Shown piece by piece: positions 20,031 to 30,191 of a DNA stretch of 64,000 bases (within the stretch, counting starts at the first letter, position 1; the number at the start of each line of letters is the position of its first letter). The notes beneath the pieces are model-generated. The model made no database searches, was not told where the DNA came from, and saw only the letters and a list, made by a program, of their open reading frames with translations. Both the position numbers and the translations under genes were made by a program. This stretch comes from Bacteroidota bacterium (GTDB taxonomy: Bacteria > Bacteroidota > Bacteroidia > 2-12-FULL-35-15), in assembly GCA_025963715.1 (NCBI GenBank), contig JAOQAG010000051.1, forward strand, positions 77,125-141,124, in the 5' to 3' direction.

Positions 20031-22000
20031 TAAATCTTTATTCCAATCACCAAAATATCATCCACCTGTTCGCGGTTGCTTTTCCAGCGCTCAATGGTTT
20101 GTTCCACGATCAATTCCTGTTGAGCCATCGATTCCGTATGGATATTCAGTAATAATTTCTTGAAGTTTTTTGTCATGAATTTTTTTCCATGCTCGCCGCC
20201 AAACTGGTCCACATATCCATCGGAAAACAAATAAACCGAATCACCTTTTGAAAGCATGATTTTTGTTTTTTTGAAGATCCGGCTTTCTTCCGTTTGTAAT
20301 CCGCCGATCGAAAATTTATCCGCTTTGATTTCTTCTACCACATTGTTTTTTATGTACCATAAGGGGCGTTGCGCTCCGGCAAATTCAATTTCTGTTTCGC
20401 TGTTAAATACGATCAGCGCGATGTCCATGCCATCCGCATTTTTTTGATGCTCATCCTGTTTCAATGCTTTTCTTACTTCAATGTGCAGGTGATTTAAAAT
20501 TTCATCCGGCGCGGTCATTCCTTTTTCATTCACCAGCTGATTTAAAATGTTGGTACCGATCATACTCATCAATGCTCCCGGAACGCCATGCCCGGTACAA
20601 TCGCAGGCTGCTATCAATCGTTTGCCGCCTTTTTCGGCATACCAGTAAAAATCACCGCTTACAATGTCTTTGGGTTTGAACAGCACAAATGCATCATCAA
20701 ATAATTTGTATTGCAGTTCTTTCGGCGGCAGGCTGGCATCCTGGATGCGCTTGGAATAATTGATACTGTCGGTAATATCTTTATTTTTTACTTCAATTTC
20801 CTTGTAAGCATGCGACAATGCCTCGTTTGCTTTTTTCTTCTGGATGTTTCCTTTGTACAGTACAAACGCAAAAATGCCGATCGCAATAGCGAAAATAGCA
20901 ATGAGGATACAGATAATGCTCAGGTAAATTTTAAAGCTTTTCTCGCGCTCTTTGTCTTTTTCAAGCGAATTGATCGTCAATTCTTTTTTCTCCGATTCAT
21001 ATTTTGCCGACATTTCATTGACCTGCCTGCTGTTGTTTTCATTGAAAACAGAATCTTTCATCGCGGAAGCAGAATCAACGTAGAGATACGCATTCTGAAA
21101 ATCTTTTTTCTTTGCATACGCAATCGCCAGGTTTTGATAAATATCTTTTATCGCATCCTTGAATTTGATTTCCTTCCCATATATCAATGCTTTATCCAAC
21201 TTCGCGATTGCAAGCTCATACATTTCTTTTTTTGTATAGAACGAGCCCAGGTTGGAATACGTAATGGCCAGGTGTTGCTTGTTTCCAAGGATCTCTGCAT
21301 TTTTTGCAGCCGTCTCGATCGATTCAATCGCCTGGTCAATTTTCCCCTGCTTGTCGTAGATCACGCCCAGGTTCCCGTAATTGGCGATAAGGCCTTCAAT
21401 ATTTTTTGCATCTTCTTCCACCGCAATCGAGTGTTGAATGTACTCAATTGCTTTTGGATAATTATTCATGTGAGTATACACAATCCCCAGATCATTGTAG
21501 TTTTGTGCCATCGGCAGCGTATTTTTTAACTCTGTATTGATCGCCAGCGATTTATTGTAATATTCCAGCGTAACCGGATAATTATTCTGCGTAAAATATA
21601 CCCAACCAATGTTGCGGTAACAATTGGCAATTGCGGAGCGGTTTCCAAGTGTTTCAAAAATATTCAGCGCTTTAAAATAATGATCCGAAGCAGAAGCATA
21701 ATCGCCTTTGTACCAGTAAAGATCGCCAAGCGTGTTGTGCGCATTGCCCTGCCCGCGTTTAAAATTAATGGATTGCGCCAGCTGTAGCGATTGGTTTGCA
21801 AAATCAAATGCTTTATCCGAATTAAAACCCTGGTATTCGCCGGAAATGCCAAACAATGCAGAAACTTTGGTGGTGTCTTCTGTGGTTGTTTTCAGAACCG
21901 TTTGCAATGAATCGATCGCATGCTGATTTTGTGCATCTGTAAATAAAGCCGATTGCAAAAAGAAAATGAAGAAAATAAATGTGTAAAAACGGCTGCTCAT
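20030..22000 (-). CDS. TPR-sensor, single-TM, SpoIIE/PP2C-type Ser phosphatase
   Basis: Signal peptide, multiple TPRs, TM helix, DITDSINYSKRIQ, PKDIVSGDFYW, DCTGHGVPGA, DGMD, SDGYVDQFGG, DDILVIG. Confidence 0.92.
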   Translation of the reverse strand: MSSRFYTFIFFIFFLQSALFTDAQNQHAIDSLQTVLKTTTEDTTKVSALFGISGEYQGFNSDKAFDFANQSLQLAQSINFKRGQGNAHNTLGDLYWYKGDYASASDHYFKALNIFETLGNRSAIANCYRNIGWVYFTQNNYPVTLEYYNKSLAINTELKNTLPMAQNYNDLGIVYTHMNNYPKAIEYIQHSIAVEEDAKNIEGLIANYGNLGVIYDKQGKIDQAIESIETAAKNAEILGNKQHLAITYSNLGSFYTKKEMYELAIAKLDKALIYGKEIKFKDAIKDIYQNLAIAYAKKKDFQNAYLYVDSASAMKDSVFNENNSRQVNEMSAKYESEKKELTINSLEKDKEREKSFKIYLSIICILIAIFAIAIGIFAFVLYKGNIQKKKANEALSHAYKEIEVKNKDITDSINYSKRIQDASLPPKELQYKLFDDAFVLFKPKDIVSGDFYWYAEKGGKRLIAACDCTGHGVPGALMSMIGTNILNQLVNEKGMTAPDEILNHLHIEVRKALKQDEHQKNADGMDIALIVFNSETEIEFAGAQRPLWYIKNNVVEEIKADKFSIGGLQTEESRIFKKTKIMLSKGDSVYLFSDGYVDQFGGEHGKKFMTKNFKKLLLNIHTESMAQQELIVEQTIERWKSNREQVDDILVIGIKI

Positions 22001-22201
22001 TTTTTATATCGGAGTATAATTTTCTTTTCTCAAATATAGAACATATTAGGTTTTAAACATCGATTTTTTCCTTTTACACACACAGTTGTTATCCAACATT
22101 TTTATCACACAGTCTAATATCTGACATCTAATATCTAACATCCGATTTGATTATCAACAAAACTTGTATATATTTGGAATTCATTCATCAAGAAAAACAC
22201 T

Positions 22202-23881
22202 ATGGCAACATTTAGAAAAAAATCATTGGAAAGTATCCTTGCAACTGCAGCGGACCAGGAATCAGGATTGAAACGTACATTAGGAATGTGGTCGCTGATC
22301 GCATTGGGGATCGGTGCTATTATCGGCGCCGGACTTTTTGTTCGTACTGCTGCTGCTTCCGCTGAAGCTGCAGGTCCTGCTGTTACACTTTCATTTGTGA
22401 TTGCCGCTGTAGGTTGTGCTTTTGCAGGATTGTGCTATGCAGAGTTTGCTTCCATGATTCCCATTGCAGGTAGCGCATACACTTATGCGTATGCAACCAT
22501 GGGTGAATTAATTGCCTGGATCATCGGCTGGGCGCTGATATTGGAATATGCATTAGGTGCAGCCACCGTTTCCATTGCCTGGAGCGAATATTTAAATAAA
22601 TTATTAGGCGGCGCCATTCCCTATCAGTGGTGCCATTCCCCTTTCGAATCCAGCGTTTCCGGAATTCATGGAATTGTAAATGCTCCCGCACTGTTGATCT
22701 TATTATTACTCACATTATTGCTGATCAAAGGAACGCAAGAGTCGGCGTTGGTAAATGGGATCATTGTATTCCTGAAAGTTTCCATCGTTCTTATTTTTAT
22801 CGTGATCGGATGGCAATTCATCAAACCGGAAAACCACACTCCGTATATGATCCCTGAAGGAACTGCCGGACATGCCGGATTTTTCACCTGGGGTTGGGGC
22901 GGTGTACTGGGTGGTGCAGCCATTGTGTTTTTTGCATTCATTGGTTTTGATGCCGTTTCTACTGCAGCGCAGGAAGCAAAAAATCCAAAGCGCGATATGC
23001 CAATCGGAATTTTAGGCTCACTGGTAGTGTGTACCGCTTTGTATATTTTATTTTCGTACGTACTTACAGGTGTTGCCAACTGGCAGGATTTTGGCGATCC
23101 TGCAAAAGGAAAAGAAGCATCCGTTGCTTACGCGATCGCTACGTATATGCATGGATACAGCTGGCTGGCAACGGCGGTTACCGTGGCTATCCTTGCCGGA
23201 TTCTCTTCTGTAATTCTTGTTATGTTAATGGGACAAAGCCGCGTGTTTTTCTCCATGTCCAACGACGGATTATTACCAAAAGTATTTTCACACCTTCACC
23301 CAAAATTCCGTACACCGTATAAATCCAATTTAATGTTACTGGCATTTGTGGGTGTTTTTGGTGGATTTATTCCGGGGAGCATCGCCGGAGATTTAACATC
23401 CATTGGAACATTATTAGCATTTGTGCTCGTATGTGTTGGGATCTGGATCCTGCGCAAAACCGACCCGAAAGCAGAGCGCCCGTTCAGAGCACCATTGGTT
23501 CCGTTGGTGCCGATCCTGGGGATTTTAGTATGTGCCGGTATGATCATTTCACTCGATCGTTTTACACAACAATCCGCATTAACATGGATGCTGGTAGGAC
23601 TGGATGTATACATGATCTTCGGATTACGCAACAGTATTTTATCAAAAGGAGAAGAGCATCATCACCGTTTCCGCGGACAACGATCGGCTTCCATTGCAGG
23701 CATTCTGTGCGGCTTGTTCCTCCTCATTTTAAGCGGCTTGGATTATTATTTCAAACATAAAGATTACCTCAACGATACTACAAAACCTCAGCCTGCCATG
23801 CCATGGTTCTTTTTGGTACTTGGCGTTTTACACCTTGTGATCTTTGCTGTTAGCATGAATAAAAAACCAAAAGTAGCTTAA
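22202..23881 (+). CDS. APC-family amino acid permease (cationic amino acid transporter-like)
   Basis: GIGAIIGAGLF, CYAEFASMIPIAGSAYTY, FFAFIGFDAVSTAAQEAKNPKRD. Confidence 0.92.
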   Translation: MATFRKKSLESILATAADQESGLKRTLGMWSLIALGIGAIIGAGLFVRTAAASAEAAGPAVTLSFVIAAVGCAFAGLCYAEFASMIPIAGSAYTYAYATMGELIAWIIGWALILEYALGAATVSIAWSEYLNKLLGGAIPYQWCHSPFESSVSGIHGIVNAPALLILLLLTLLLIKGTQESALVNGIIVFLKVSIVLIFIVIGWQFIKPENHTPYMIPEGTAGHAGFFTWGWGGVLGGAAIVFFAFIGFDAVSTAAQEAKNPKRDMPIGILGSLVVCTALYILFSYVLTGVANWQDFGDPAKGKEASVAYAIATYMHGYSWLATAVTVAILAGFSSVILVMLMGQSRVFFSMSNDGLLPKVFSHLHPKFRTPYKSNLMLLAFVGVFGGFIPGSIAGDLTSIGTLLAFVLVCVGIWILRKTDPKAERPFRAPLVPLVPILGILVCAGMIISLDRFTQQSALTWMLVGLDVYMIFGLRNSILSKGEEHHHRFRGQRSASIAGILCGLFLLILSGLDYYFKHKDYLNDTTKPQPAMPWFFLVLGVLHLVIFAVSMNKKPKVA

Positions 23882-23902
23882 TCAGCATCAGTAAAAAAAA
23901 GT

Positions 23903-25357
23903 ATGCAGGATCAGGATCATGTAGAATTAAAACGTTCCCTCGGGCTTATCGATGCAACCAGTATTGTTGCAGGTTCCATGATCGGTTCCGGTATTTTTAT
24001 TGTTACCTCGCAAATGGCCCGCGATGTGGGTTCTGCCGGTTGGTTATTGGTGCTTTGGCTGCTCACCGGATTAATTACCGTGTTTGCTGCATTGAGCTAT
24101 GGCGAGCTGGCTGGCATGATGCCAAACGCAGGCGGACAATATGTTTACATTCAGCGCGCATACGGTAGAATGATTTCCTTTTTGTATGGTTGGACGGTTT
24201 TCACGGTCATCCAAACCGGTGTGATCGCAGCTGTTGCTGTTGCATTTGCAAAATATACCTCTGTTTTTTTTCCGGAATTAAATCACATCCTTCTTGCTGT
24301 TGGCGCTTCATTTAAGATCACGTATGCACAGGTCGTGGCAATGGCAAGCATTGCTTTCCTCACATTTATCAATAGCCGCGGCGTACAAAACGGGAAAAAA
24401 ATCCAGCTGATCTTTACATCCGCAAAATTATTTGCTTTGTTCGCGCTCATCATTTTAGGATTGGCCATCGGTTTCCGTGGCGATGTGATCGTGGAAAATT
24501 TTAAACACATGTGGGATGCAAGCAAAACCACGATAATGCCTGATGGAACATTAAATATAGTTCCTTTAGCAGGATCGGCTTTGCTTGGCGCGATGGGAGC
24601 TACTATTATCAATTCATTATTTTCCAGCGATGCCTGGAACAACGTTACGTTTATTGCTGCCGAAATTAAAGATCCCAAGAAAAATATTCCGCGCAGCTTG
24701 TTCCTCGGAACACTCATTGTCACCATTATTTACATCTTGGCAAATGTGGCTTATCTTGCTTTATTACCCATGAAAGGCGATCCCAATGCAGCATCCGTGG
24801 TGGGCCAGGGAATTATGTTCCCGAGCAACGACAGGGTAGGAGCGGCCGCAGCATCCATGATCTTTGGTGATCCTGCAGCATACATTATGGCGGGATTAAT
24901 CATGGTATCCACATTTGGTTGTAACAACGGGCTGATCCTTTCCGGGGCACGCTTGTTTTTTGCAATGGCAAAAGACGGATTGTTTTTTAAACAGGCGCAA
25001 ACGCTGAATACAAAACAAGTTCCCGCTGTGGCATTGTGGCTTCAATGTCTTTGGGCCTGCGTATTATGCTTATCCGGCAAGTACGGCGATTTGCTGACTT
25101 ACGCCACCTTTGCATCACTCATCTTTTATATTTTAACGATCGGCGGAATTTTTATTTTGCGCAAAAAAGAACCGGATACAGAGCGCCCTTACAAAGCATT
25201 CGGATATCCGCTGGTTCCCATTTTATACATTATCATTACCACGGCCATTTGCATTGATCTGTTAGTTTACGATACAAAAAATACAGGATTTGGATTACTC
25301 ATCGTACTCCTGGGAATCCCTGTATACCTTCTTATACAACGGAAATGCAGCAGCTAA
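23903..25357 (+). CDS. APC-family amino acid permease (LAT/SteT-like)
   Basis: GSMIGSGIF, SYGELAGMMPNAGGQYVY, DAWNNVTFIAAEIKDPKKNIPR. Confidence 0.92.
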   Translation: MQDQDHVELKRSLGLIDATSIVAGSMIGSGIFIVTSQMARDVGSAGWLLVLWLLTGLITVFAALSYGELAGMMPNAGGQYVYIQRAYGRMISFLYGWTVFTVIQTGVIAAVAVAFAKYTSVFFPELNHILLAVGASFKITYAQVVAMASIAFLTFINSRGVQNGKKIQLIFTSAKLFALFALIILGLAIGFRGDVIVENFKHMWDASKTTIMPDGTLNIVPLAGSALLGAMGATIINSLFSSDAWNNVTFIAAEIKDPKKNIPRSLFLGTLIVTIIYILANVAYLALLPMKGDPNAASVVGQGIMFPSNDRVGAAAASMIFGDPAAYIMAGLIMVSTFGCNNGLILSGARLFFAMAKDGLFFKQAQTLNTKQVPAVALWLQCLWACVLCLSGKYGDLLTYATFASLIFYILTIGGIFILRKKEPDTERPYKAFGYPLVPILYIIITTAICIDLLVYDTKNTGFGLLIVLLGIPVYLLIQRKCSS

Positions 25358-25493
25358 AGCGTTTCCTTTTCTGATTGATTTTTTTAATTACAAGCAATAA
25401 AAATTGCGAAATGCAGGGATTATTTCCGCTGGCATTTCGCGATCATTTATTTGCGTAAAATTTTATTAATCATTTTAAAAATTAAAAAAAAGC

Positions 25494-26423
25494 ATGAAAC
25501 AAATTATTCGTGATTACCTGACATTCAATAAGCGCGAGCGAAACGGAGTGTTTGTATTGTTAACCATTATTATTTTACTGATCGTTTATCTCAATGTTTC
25601 CGATAAATTTCTGAAAGCACAAACCCTTGATTTTTCAAAATTTGAAAAGCAGATCGATTCGATGAACCTTTCTCAGAAAGAACAGGAAGCTGTTGCAAAA
25701 AATACATCTGAAAAAAAGTATCCATCTCACGAAAGTACTGCAAATACGATCACACAAAAGATTGAACGTTTTAATTTTGATCCCAATAATTTACCCGATG
25801 CCGATTGGAAGCGCCTGGGATTATCCGATAAACAAATAAAAACCATTAAAAATTACGAATCCAAAGGCGGTAGTTTTCGCAAAAAAGAAGATGTAAAAAA
25901 AATGTATTGCATCAAAGAAGAATTGTACAATTCGCTGGAGCCATATATTCAGATCCCGCAGGAAAATAAGCCTGTTGCAGCATTTGTCGATTCCAAAGTA
26001 GTAACGCTCAAACCAATTGCGCCGGTTATGATCATTGAATTGAACACTGCCGATTCGGCGCAACTCACAACGCTGAAAGGCATTGGTGCTTTTTTTGCGA
26101 AAACCATCATCAAATACAGGAATTCGCTCGGCGGTTTTTATGCGAAAGAACAATTGTTGGAAGTCTGGAAATTTGATCCCGAAAAATACGCGATGATCGA
26201 AAAATTCGTAAGCGTAGATGCAGCATCCATCAAAAAGATCAATATCAATGCCTGCGAAGCAGCGCAATTAAAAAATCCGTATTTGAACTGGAACATGGCC
26301 AATGCCATTGTAAATTACAGGAAAGCACACGGGAAGTTCAAAACTATTGATGATATTAAGAAAACAGATTTGGTAGATGACGAAACACTCCGTAAAATTG
26401 CACCGTATTTGATCTTAGAATAA
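25494..26423 (+). CDS. ComEA-like helix-hairpin-helix DNA-binding membrane protein
   Basis: N-terminal TM, FDPN, IELNTADSAQLTTLKGIG, ININ..., YRKAHGKF. Confidence 0.88.
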   Translation: MKQIIRDYLTFNKRERNGVFVLLTIIILLIVYLNVSDKFLKAQTLDFSKFEKQIDSMNLSQKEQEAVAKNTSEKKYPSHESTANTITQKIERFNFDPNNLPDADWKRLGLSDKQIKTIKNYESKGGSFRKKEDVKKMYCIKEELYNSLEPYIQIPQENKPVAAFVDSKVVTLKPIAPVMIIELNTADSAQLTTLKGIGAFFAKTIIKYRNSLGGFYAKEQLLEVWKFDPEKYAMIEKFVSVDAASIKKININACEAAQLKNPYLNWNMANAIVNYRKAHGKFKTIDDIKKTDLVDDETLRKIAPYLILE

Positions 26424-26435
26424 AACAAACAAACG

Positions 26436-26963
26436 ATGCTTCAACAAAAAATAAAAGAGACCATTCGCGATGTCGCCGATTTTCCCAAAGAAGGAATTTT
26501 ATTCAAGGACATTACGCCCATTTTACACAATCCTGCGCTGTGTACAGAAATTGTAAACGCTTTCGCAGATGCTCTGAAAAACACAAAATTAGATGCGATC
26601 GTCGGTATTGAAAGCCGCGGATTTTTATTCGGATTTGCATTGGCCAATAAATTAAATATTCCGTTTGTACTTGTTCGCAAAGCTGGTAAATTACCGTACA
26701 AAAAAATTGCACATGAATACGATCTTGAGTACGGAAGTGCAAAAGTGGAAATGCATGTGGATGAAATTAAAAAAGGCTGGAATGTCTTGATCCACGATGA
26801 TTTGCTGGCTACAGGCGGAACGGCCGAAGCAGCAGCAAAATTAATTCAGATGCAGGAAGGGAACGTGGCGGGATTTGCATTTTTAGTAACGCTCGATTTT
26901 TTAAACGGAAAAGAAAAACTGAAACACTATTCGGAGAATATTATCAGTTTGGTGAATTATTAA
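26436..26963 (+). CDS. apt: Adenine phosphoribosyltransferase
   Basis: DFPKEGILFKDIT, ESRGF, RKAGKLP, YDLEYG, DDLLATGGT. Confidence 0.96.
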   Translation: MLQQKIKETIRDVADFPKEGILFKDITPILHNPALCTEIVNAFADALKNTKLDAIVGIESRGFLFGFALANKLNIPFVLVRKAGKLPYKKIAHEYDLEYGSAKVEMHVDEIKKGWNVLIHDDLLATGGTAEAAAKLIQMQEGNVAGFAFLVTLDFLNGKEKLKHYSENIISLVNY

Positions 26964-27017
26964 AAATAATTTTAAATGACTATGGGGAAGTTTATACCAA
27001 ATGCTTTTATTTTGTAT

Positions 27018-27145
27018 GGTTATGTTGCAGAACATTATTGTTTATGGAAACAGAAATATTTTCTTAAGCTGTCATCCCGGGCTTGACCCGGGATGACAGT
27101 ATTATTGTGAATATTGTAAAAAAAACATTTTACTACAACATAACC
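27018..27145. mobile_element. 128-bp MITE-like element with terminal inverted repeats and a central family-B REP hairpin
   Basis: Ends GGTTATGTTG and CAACATAACC, with central CTGTCATCCCGGG-CTTGA-CCCGGGATGACAG. Homologous copies at 19801-19930 and 57813-57891. Confidence 0.6.
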
Positions 27146-27171
27146 TTTTGTATTGCTAATTTTAATTTGCA

Positions 27172-27261
27172 CGTCATTGCGAGGGCTTTTCGCCCGAAGC
27201 AACCTCACACCAGATTATAAACTAGAATGAGATTGCTTCGGGCGAAAAGCCCTCGCAATGA
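27172..27261. repeat. REPIN-like hairpin, family A, second copy
   Basis: Matches 4176-4267, including the loop CACCAGATTAT..CTAGAA. Confidence 0.9.
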
Positions 27262-27410
27262 TATTTCAAAATAATTTATTTTAGTACCAGCTTCCGGAGA
27301 TTCATTAAAAATTAACATTTCTTATAGCAATCTGATATTTATTCCCCGATCAGAACGCTTCCCGTTTCAATAAAATTTCTATTTTTGTCGCTCTCTAAAT
27401 AAAATGAAAC

Positions 27411-28550
27411 ATGGATTTTAGCACAAACGAAAATCAGCAAATGATCGCTGACATGATAAAAAAATTTGGTGATGATCATATTCGTCCGAAAATGATGGAA
27501 TGGGACGAGTCACAGGAATTTCCGGTAGAAGTATTTAAAAAACTTGGCGAGCTTGGATTAATGGGCGTTTTGGTGCCACAGGAATACGGCGGATCCGGTT
27601 TTTCATACACCGAATACGTAACTGCAATTTCTGAATTAGCAAAAATCTGCGGTTCGATCGGATTATCCATGGCAGCGCATAATTCCTTGTGTACAGGGCA
27701 TATTCTTGCATTTGGTAACGAAGAACAAAAGAAAAAATATTTGCCGAAACTGGCTACAGCCGAATGGATTGGCGCATGGGGATTGACGGAAAGCGGAACC
27801 GGCTCTGATTCAGGTGGAATGACCACAATCGCTAAAAAAGACGGTGATTATTATGTGATCAACGGTTCTAAAAACTTTATCACACACGCTATTACAGGAA
27901 ATGTAGCCGTTGTAATTGTTCGTACCGGCGAAAAAGGCGATTCAAAAGGAATGTCGGCGTTTATCATTGAAAAAGGGACTCCGGGCTTTACATCCGGTAA
28001 AAAAGCAAATAAATTAGGAATGCGTGCTTCGGAAACAGCTGAATTGTTCTTCGATAATTGCCGTGTTCACAAAGATCAGTTGTTAGGTGAAGAAGGACAA
28101 GGTTTTGTTCAGGCAATGAAAGTGCTGGATGGCGGAAGGATCTCCATCGCTGCTTTATCACTGGGGATTGCAAAAGGCGCGTTTGATGCAGCGTTGAAAT
28201 ATTCAAAAGAACGCGAGCAATTCGGTAAGCCGATCTCCCAGTTCCAGGCAATTTCCTTTAAACTGGCTGATATGGCAACGGAAATTGAAGCGGCAGAGTT
28301 GCTGACCTTTATGGCGGCTGACAGAAAAAATAAAGGATTAAAAATGACCAAAGAAGGTGCATTTGCCAAATATTACGCTTCTGAAGTATGCGTAAGGGTT
28401 TCTACTGAAGCAGTGCAGATCTTTGGTGGATATGGCTATACAAAAGACTTTCCGGCCGAAAAATACTATCGCGATAGCAAATTATGCACAATCGGCGAAG
28501 GAACTTCCGAGATCCAGAAAATTGTTATTGCGAGAGAAATTATGAAATAA
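27411..28550 (+). CDS. Acyl-CoA dehydrogenase
   Basis: GAWGLTE..TGSD, NGSKNFIT, KLGMRASET, REQFGKPI..FQ, QIFGGYGY, IGEGTSEIQ. Confidence 0.95.
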   Translation: MDFSTNENQQMIADMIKKFGDDHIRPKMMEWDESQEFPVEVFKKLGELGLMGVLVPQEYGGSGFSYTEYVTAISELAKICGSIGLSMAAHNSLCTGHILAFGNEEQKKKYLPKLATAEWIGAWGLTESGTGSDSGGMTTIAKKDGDYYVINGSKNFITHAITGNVAVVIVRTGEKGDSKGMSAFIIEKGTPGFTSGKKANKLGMRASETAELFFDNCRVHKDQLLGEEGQGFVQAMKVLDGGRISIAALSLGIAKGAFDAALKYSKEREQFGKPISQFQAISFKLADMATEIEAAELLTFMAADRKNKGLKMTKEGAFAKYYASEVCVRVSTEAVQIFGGYGYTKDFPAEKYYRDSKLCTIGEGTSEIQKIVIAREIMK

Positions 28551-28594
28551 TTAAAAAATTCAGGATTAGGGATTTAGGATTTAGAAAAAATTAA

Positions 28595-28602
28595 TATATT
28601 TG
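28595..28602 (+). promoter_or_regulatory. -7 promoter element for rpsU
   Basis: TATATTTG matches TAnnTTTG. Confidence 0.6.
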
Positions 28603-28690
28603 CATCCCCAATCAAGAAAATTGGAAAAGGGATTTCGGGAATTCTAAATTCAAAAAATCTCCAAAATCAACAACTCAAAAATTAAAAAAC

Positions 28691-28885
28691 ATGTTAATAG
28701 TTCAAGTTAAAGAAGGCGAAGCAATCGAAAAAGCACTGAAAAAATTCAAAAAGAAATTTGAAAAAACAGGTGTTGTAAAAGAATTACGTGAACGTCAAAA
28801 ATTCACTAAACCATCAGTTGTATTCCGCGAAAGAAAAATCAAAGCAGTTTACAAAGAAAAATTACAACGCGGTACTGAAGAGTAG
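28691..28885 (+). CDS. rpsU: 30S ribosomal protein bS21
   Basis: VKEGE.IEKALKKFKKK, ELRERQ.FTKPSV, and Tyr54 typical of Bacteroidota. Confidence 0.96.
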   Translation: MLIVQVKEGEAIEKALKKFKKKFEKTGVVKELRERQKFTKPSVVFRERKIKAVYKEKLQRGTEE

Positions 28886-28914
28886 TACGTTCGTATTTCT
28901 CAATATTTTTTCTG

Positions 28915-28988
28915 AAAAGGAAAAATTTACATTGTCAGGTATAACTTTTAAAGGTTATTATCGTTTAACAATGTAGGTTTTTCCTTTT
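28915..28988 (+). terminator. Long hairpin/terminator after rpsU
   Basis: 21-nt arms with two G-U pairs, an inner ATAACTTT/AAGGTTAT stem and a T-rich 3' end. Confidence 0.6.
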
Positions 28989-28997
28989 TTAGTTTAA

Positions 28998-29190
28998 CTT
29001 GATTTTGCGCAGCAAAAGCTAGTTAAACTTATCCCGCTGAAAAGCGGGATCTGCCAAATGAAAGAAGAATTCTGCTTGATTTTACGAAGTAAAAACTAGT
29101 TATATACTTATCCCGCTGAAAAGCGGGATCTGCCAAATGCTAGCAGGATGTTAACACTGGAAACAAAATACAAATGCTGAAAGCGGGATC
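28998..29190. repeat. Tandem ~78-bp duplication (two full copies, one partial) with two hairpins per unit
   Basis: 28998-29060 and 29076-29139 share ACTTATCCCGCTGAAAAGCGGGATCTGCCAAATG. Partial copy at about 29171-29190. Confidence 0.8.
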
Positions 29191-29237
29191 ACATCCCAAA
29201 AGGCACATTTTTTTAGAGATTTAGAAAAAACTCTTGT

Positions 29238-30116
29238 ATGAACGCAGGCCGTGATAGTTTTCTTCAATATCTACAATACGAAAAGCGATTTTCCAATCAC
29301 ACGCTTTTAGCCTATTCCACCGATTTAAGCCAGTTTTACAGCTATCTGCAGCTTACTTATGAAATTAAGGAGCTGGCAGAGATCAGTCATACTGTGGTTC
29401 GTTCCTGGATCGTTAGCATGATGGAGCAAAAGATCAGCCCACGCTCTGTTAACCGCAAAATCACCACACTCAAAACCTTTTATAAATTTTTGCTGCGACA
29501 AAATCTCGTGACAGAAAATCCCATGCTGAAGATCCAATCTCCCAAAACCTCCAAACGCCTGCCTGTTTTTGTAGAAAAGCAAAAAATGGACGTATTGCTT
29601 GATAATGTTGATTTTGGCGAAGATGAAGAAGGTGTAAGGAATAAGCTGATCATTGAGCTTTTTTATGCAACAGGAATGCGCTTATCCGAGTTGATCAACC
29701 TAAGGCAGCAAAATGTGGATCTGGCTGCTTGTCAACTCAAAGTATTGGGTAAACGCAACAAGGAGCGGATCATTCCTTTCGGACATGAATTAAAACGCAA
29801 AATAGAAGAGTATCTGAAAACCAAAGAAGCAGCAGATTCCGAATACTTACTTACAGGCAAAAGTGGAAAAAAAATGTATGAAAAACTTGTTTATAGAGTA
29901 GTTAACAAGTACCTTTCAGTGGTTACAACAACCGACAAAAAAAGCCCGCATGTATTGAGGCACACGTTTGCAACACACATGTTAAACAATGGCGCTGATT
30001 TAAACGCAATAAAAGAATTACTCGGGCATGCAAATCTGTCGGCAACGCAAGTGTACACGCACAATACAGTGGAGAAGCTCAAGAATATTCACAAGCAGGC
30101 GCATCCGAAGGCATAA
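29238..30116 (+). CDS. xerC: Tyrosine recombinase XerC-like
   Basis: S.HTL.AY..DL, YATGMRLSEL, GKRNKER, SPHVLRHTFATHML.NGADL..IKELLGHANLSATQVYTH. Confidence 0.88.
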   Translation: MNAGRDSFLQYLQYEKRFSNHTLLAYSTDLSQFYSYLQLTYEIKELAEISHTVVRSWIVSMMEQKISPRSVNRKITTLKTFYKFLLRQNLVTENPMLKIQSPKTSKRLPVFVEKQKMDVLLDNVDFGEDEEGVRNKLIIELFYATGMRLSELINLRQQNVDLAACQLKVLGKRNKERIIPFGHELKRKIEEYLKTKEAADSEYLLTGKSGKKMYEKLVYRVVNKYLSVVTTTDKKSPHVLRHTFATHMLNNGADLNAIKELLGHANLSATQVYTHNTVEKLKNIHKQAHPKA

Positions 30117-30177
30117 ATATTGACTTAACAAATGCAACATATAAAGTTTAATTTTTAAATTAATCAGTATTAAAAAT

Positions 30178-30183
30178 AGGAGG
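30178..30183 (+). promoter_or_regulatory. Shine-Dalgarno AGGAGG upstream of hpf
   Basis: AGGAGG 8 nt before the ATG at 30192. Confidence 0.6.
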
Positions 30184-30191
30184 AAAGAATT

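Noticed and set aside
28998-29190. Possible mini CRISPR array
   Set aside because: Only two full repeats, the intervening sequences are homologous rather than unique spacers, and no cas genes are present.
29238-30116. Tyrosine recombinase near tRNAs as a prophage or island integrase
   Set aside because: Xer-sized protein without an arm-binding domain, in the housekeeping rpsU-xerC-hpf-tRNA-tuf context. No att duplication or cargo seen.
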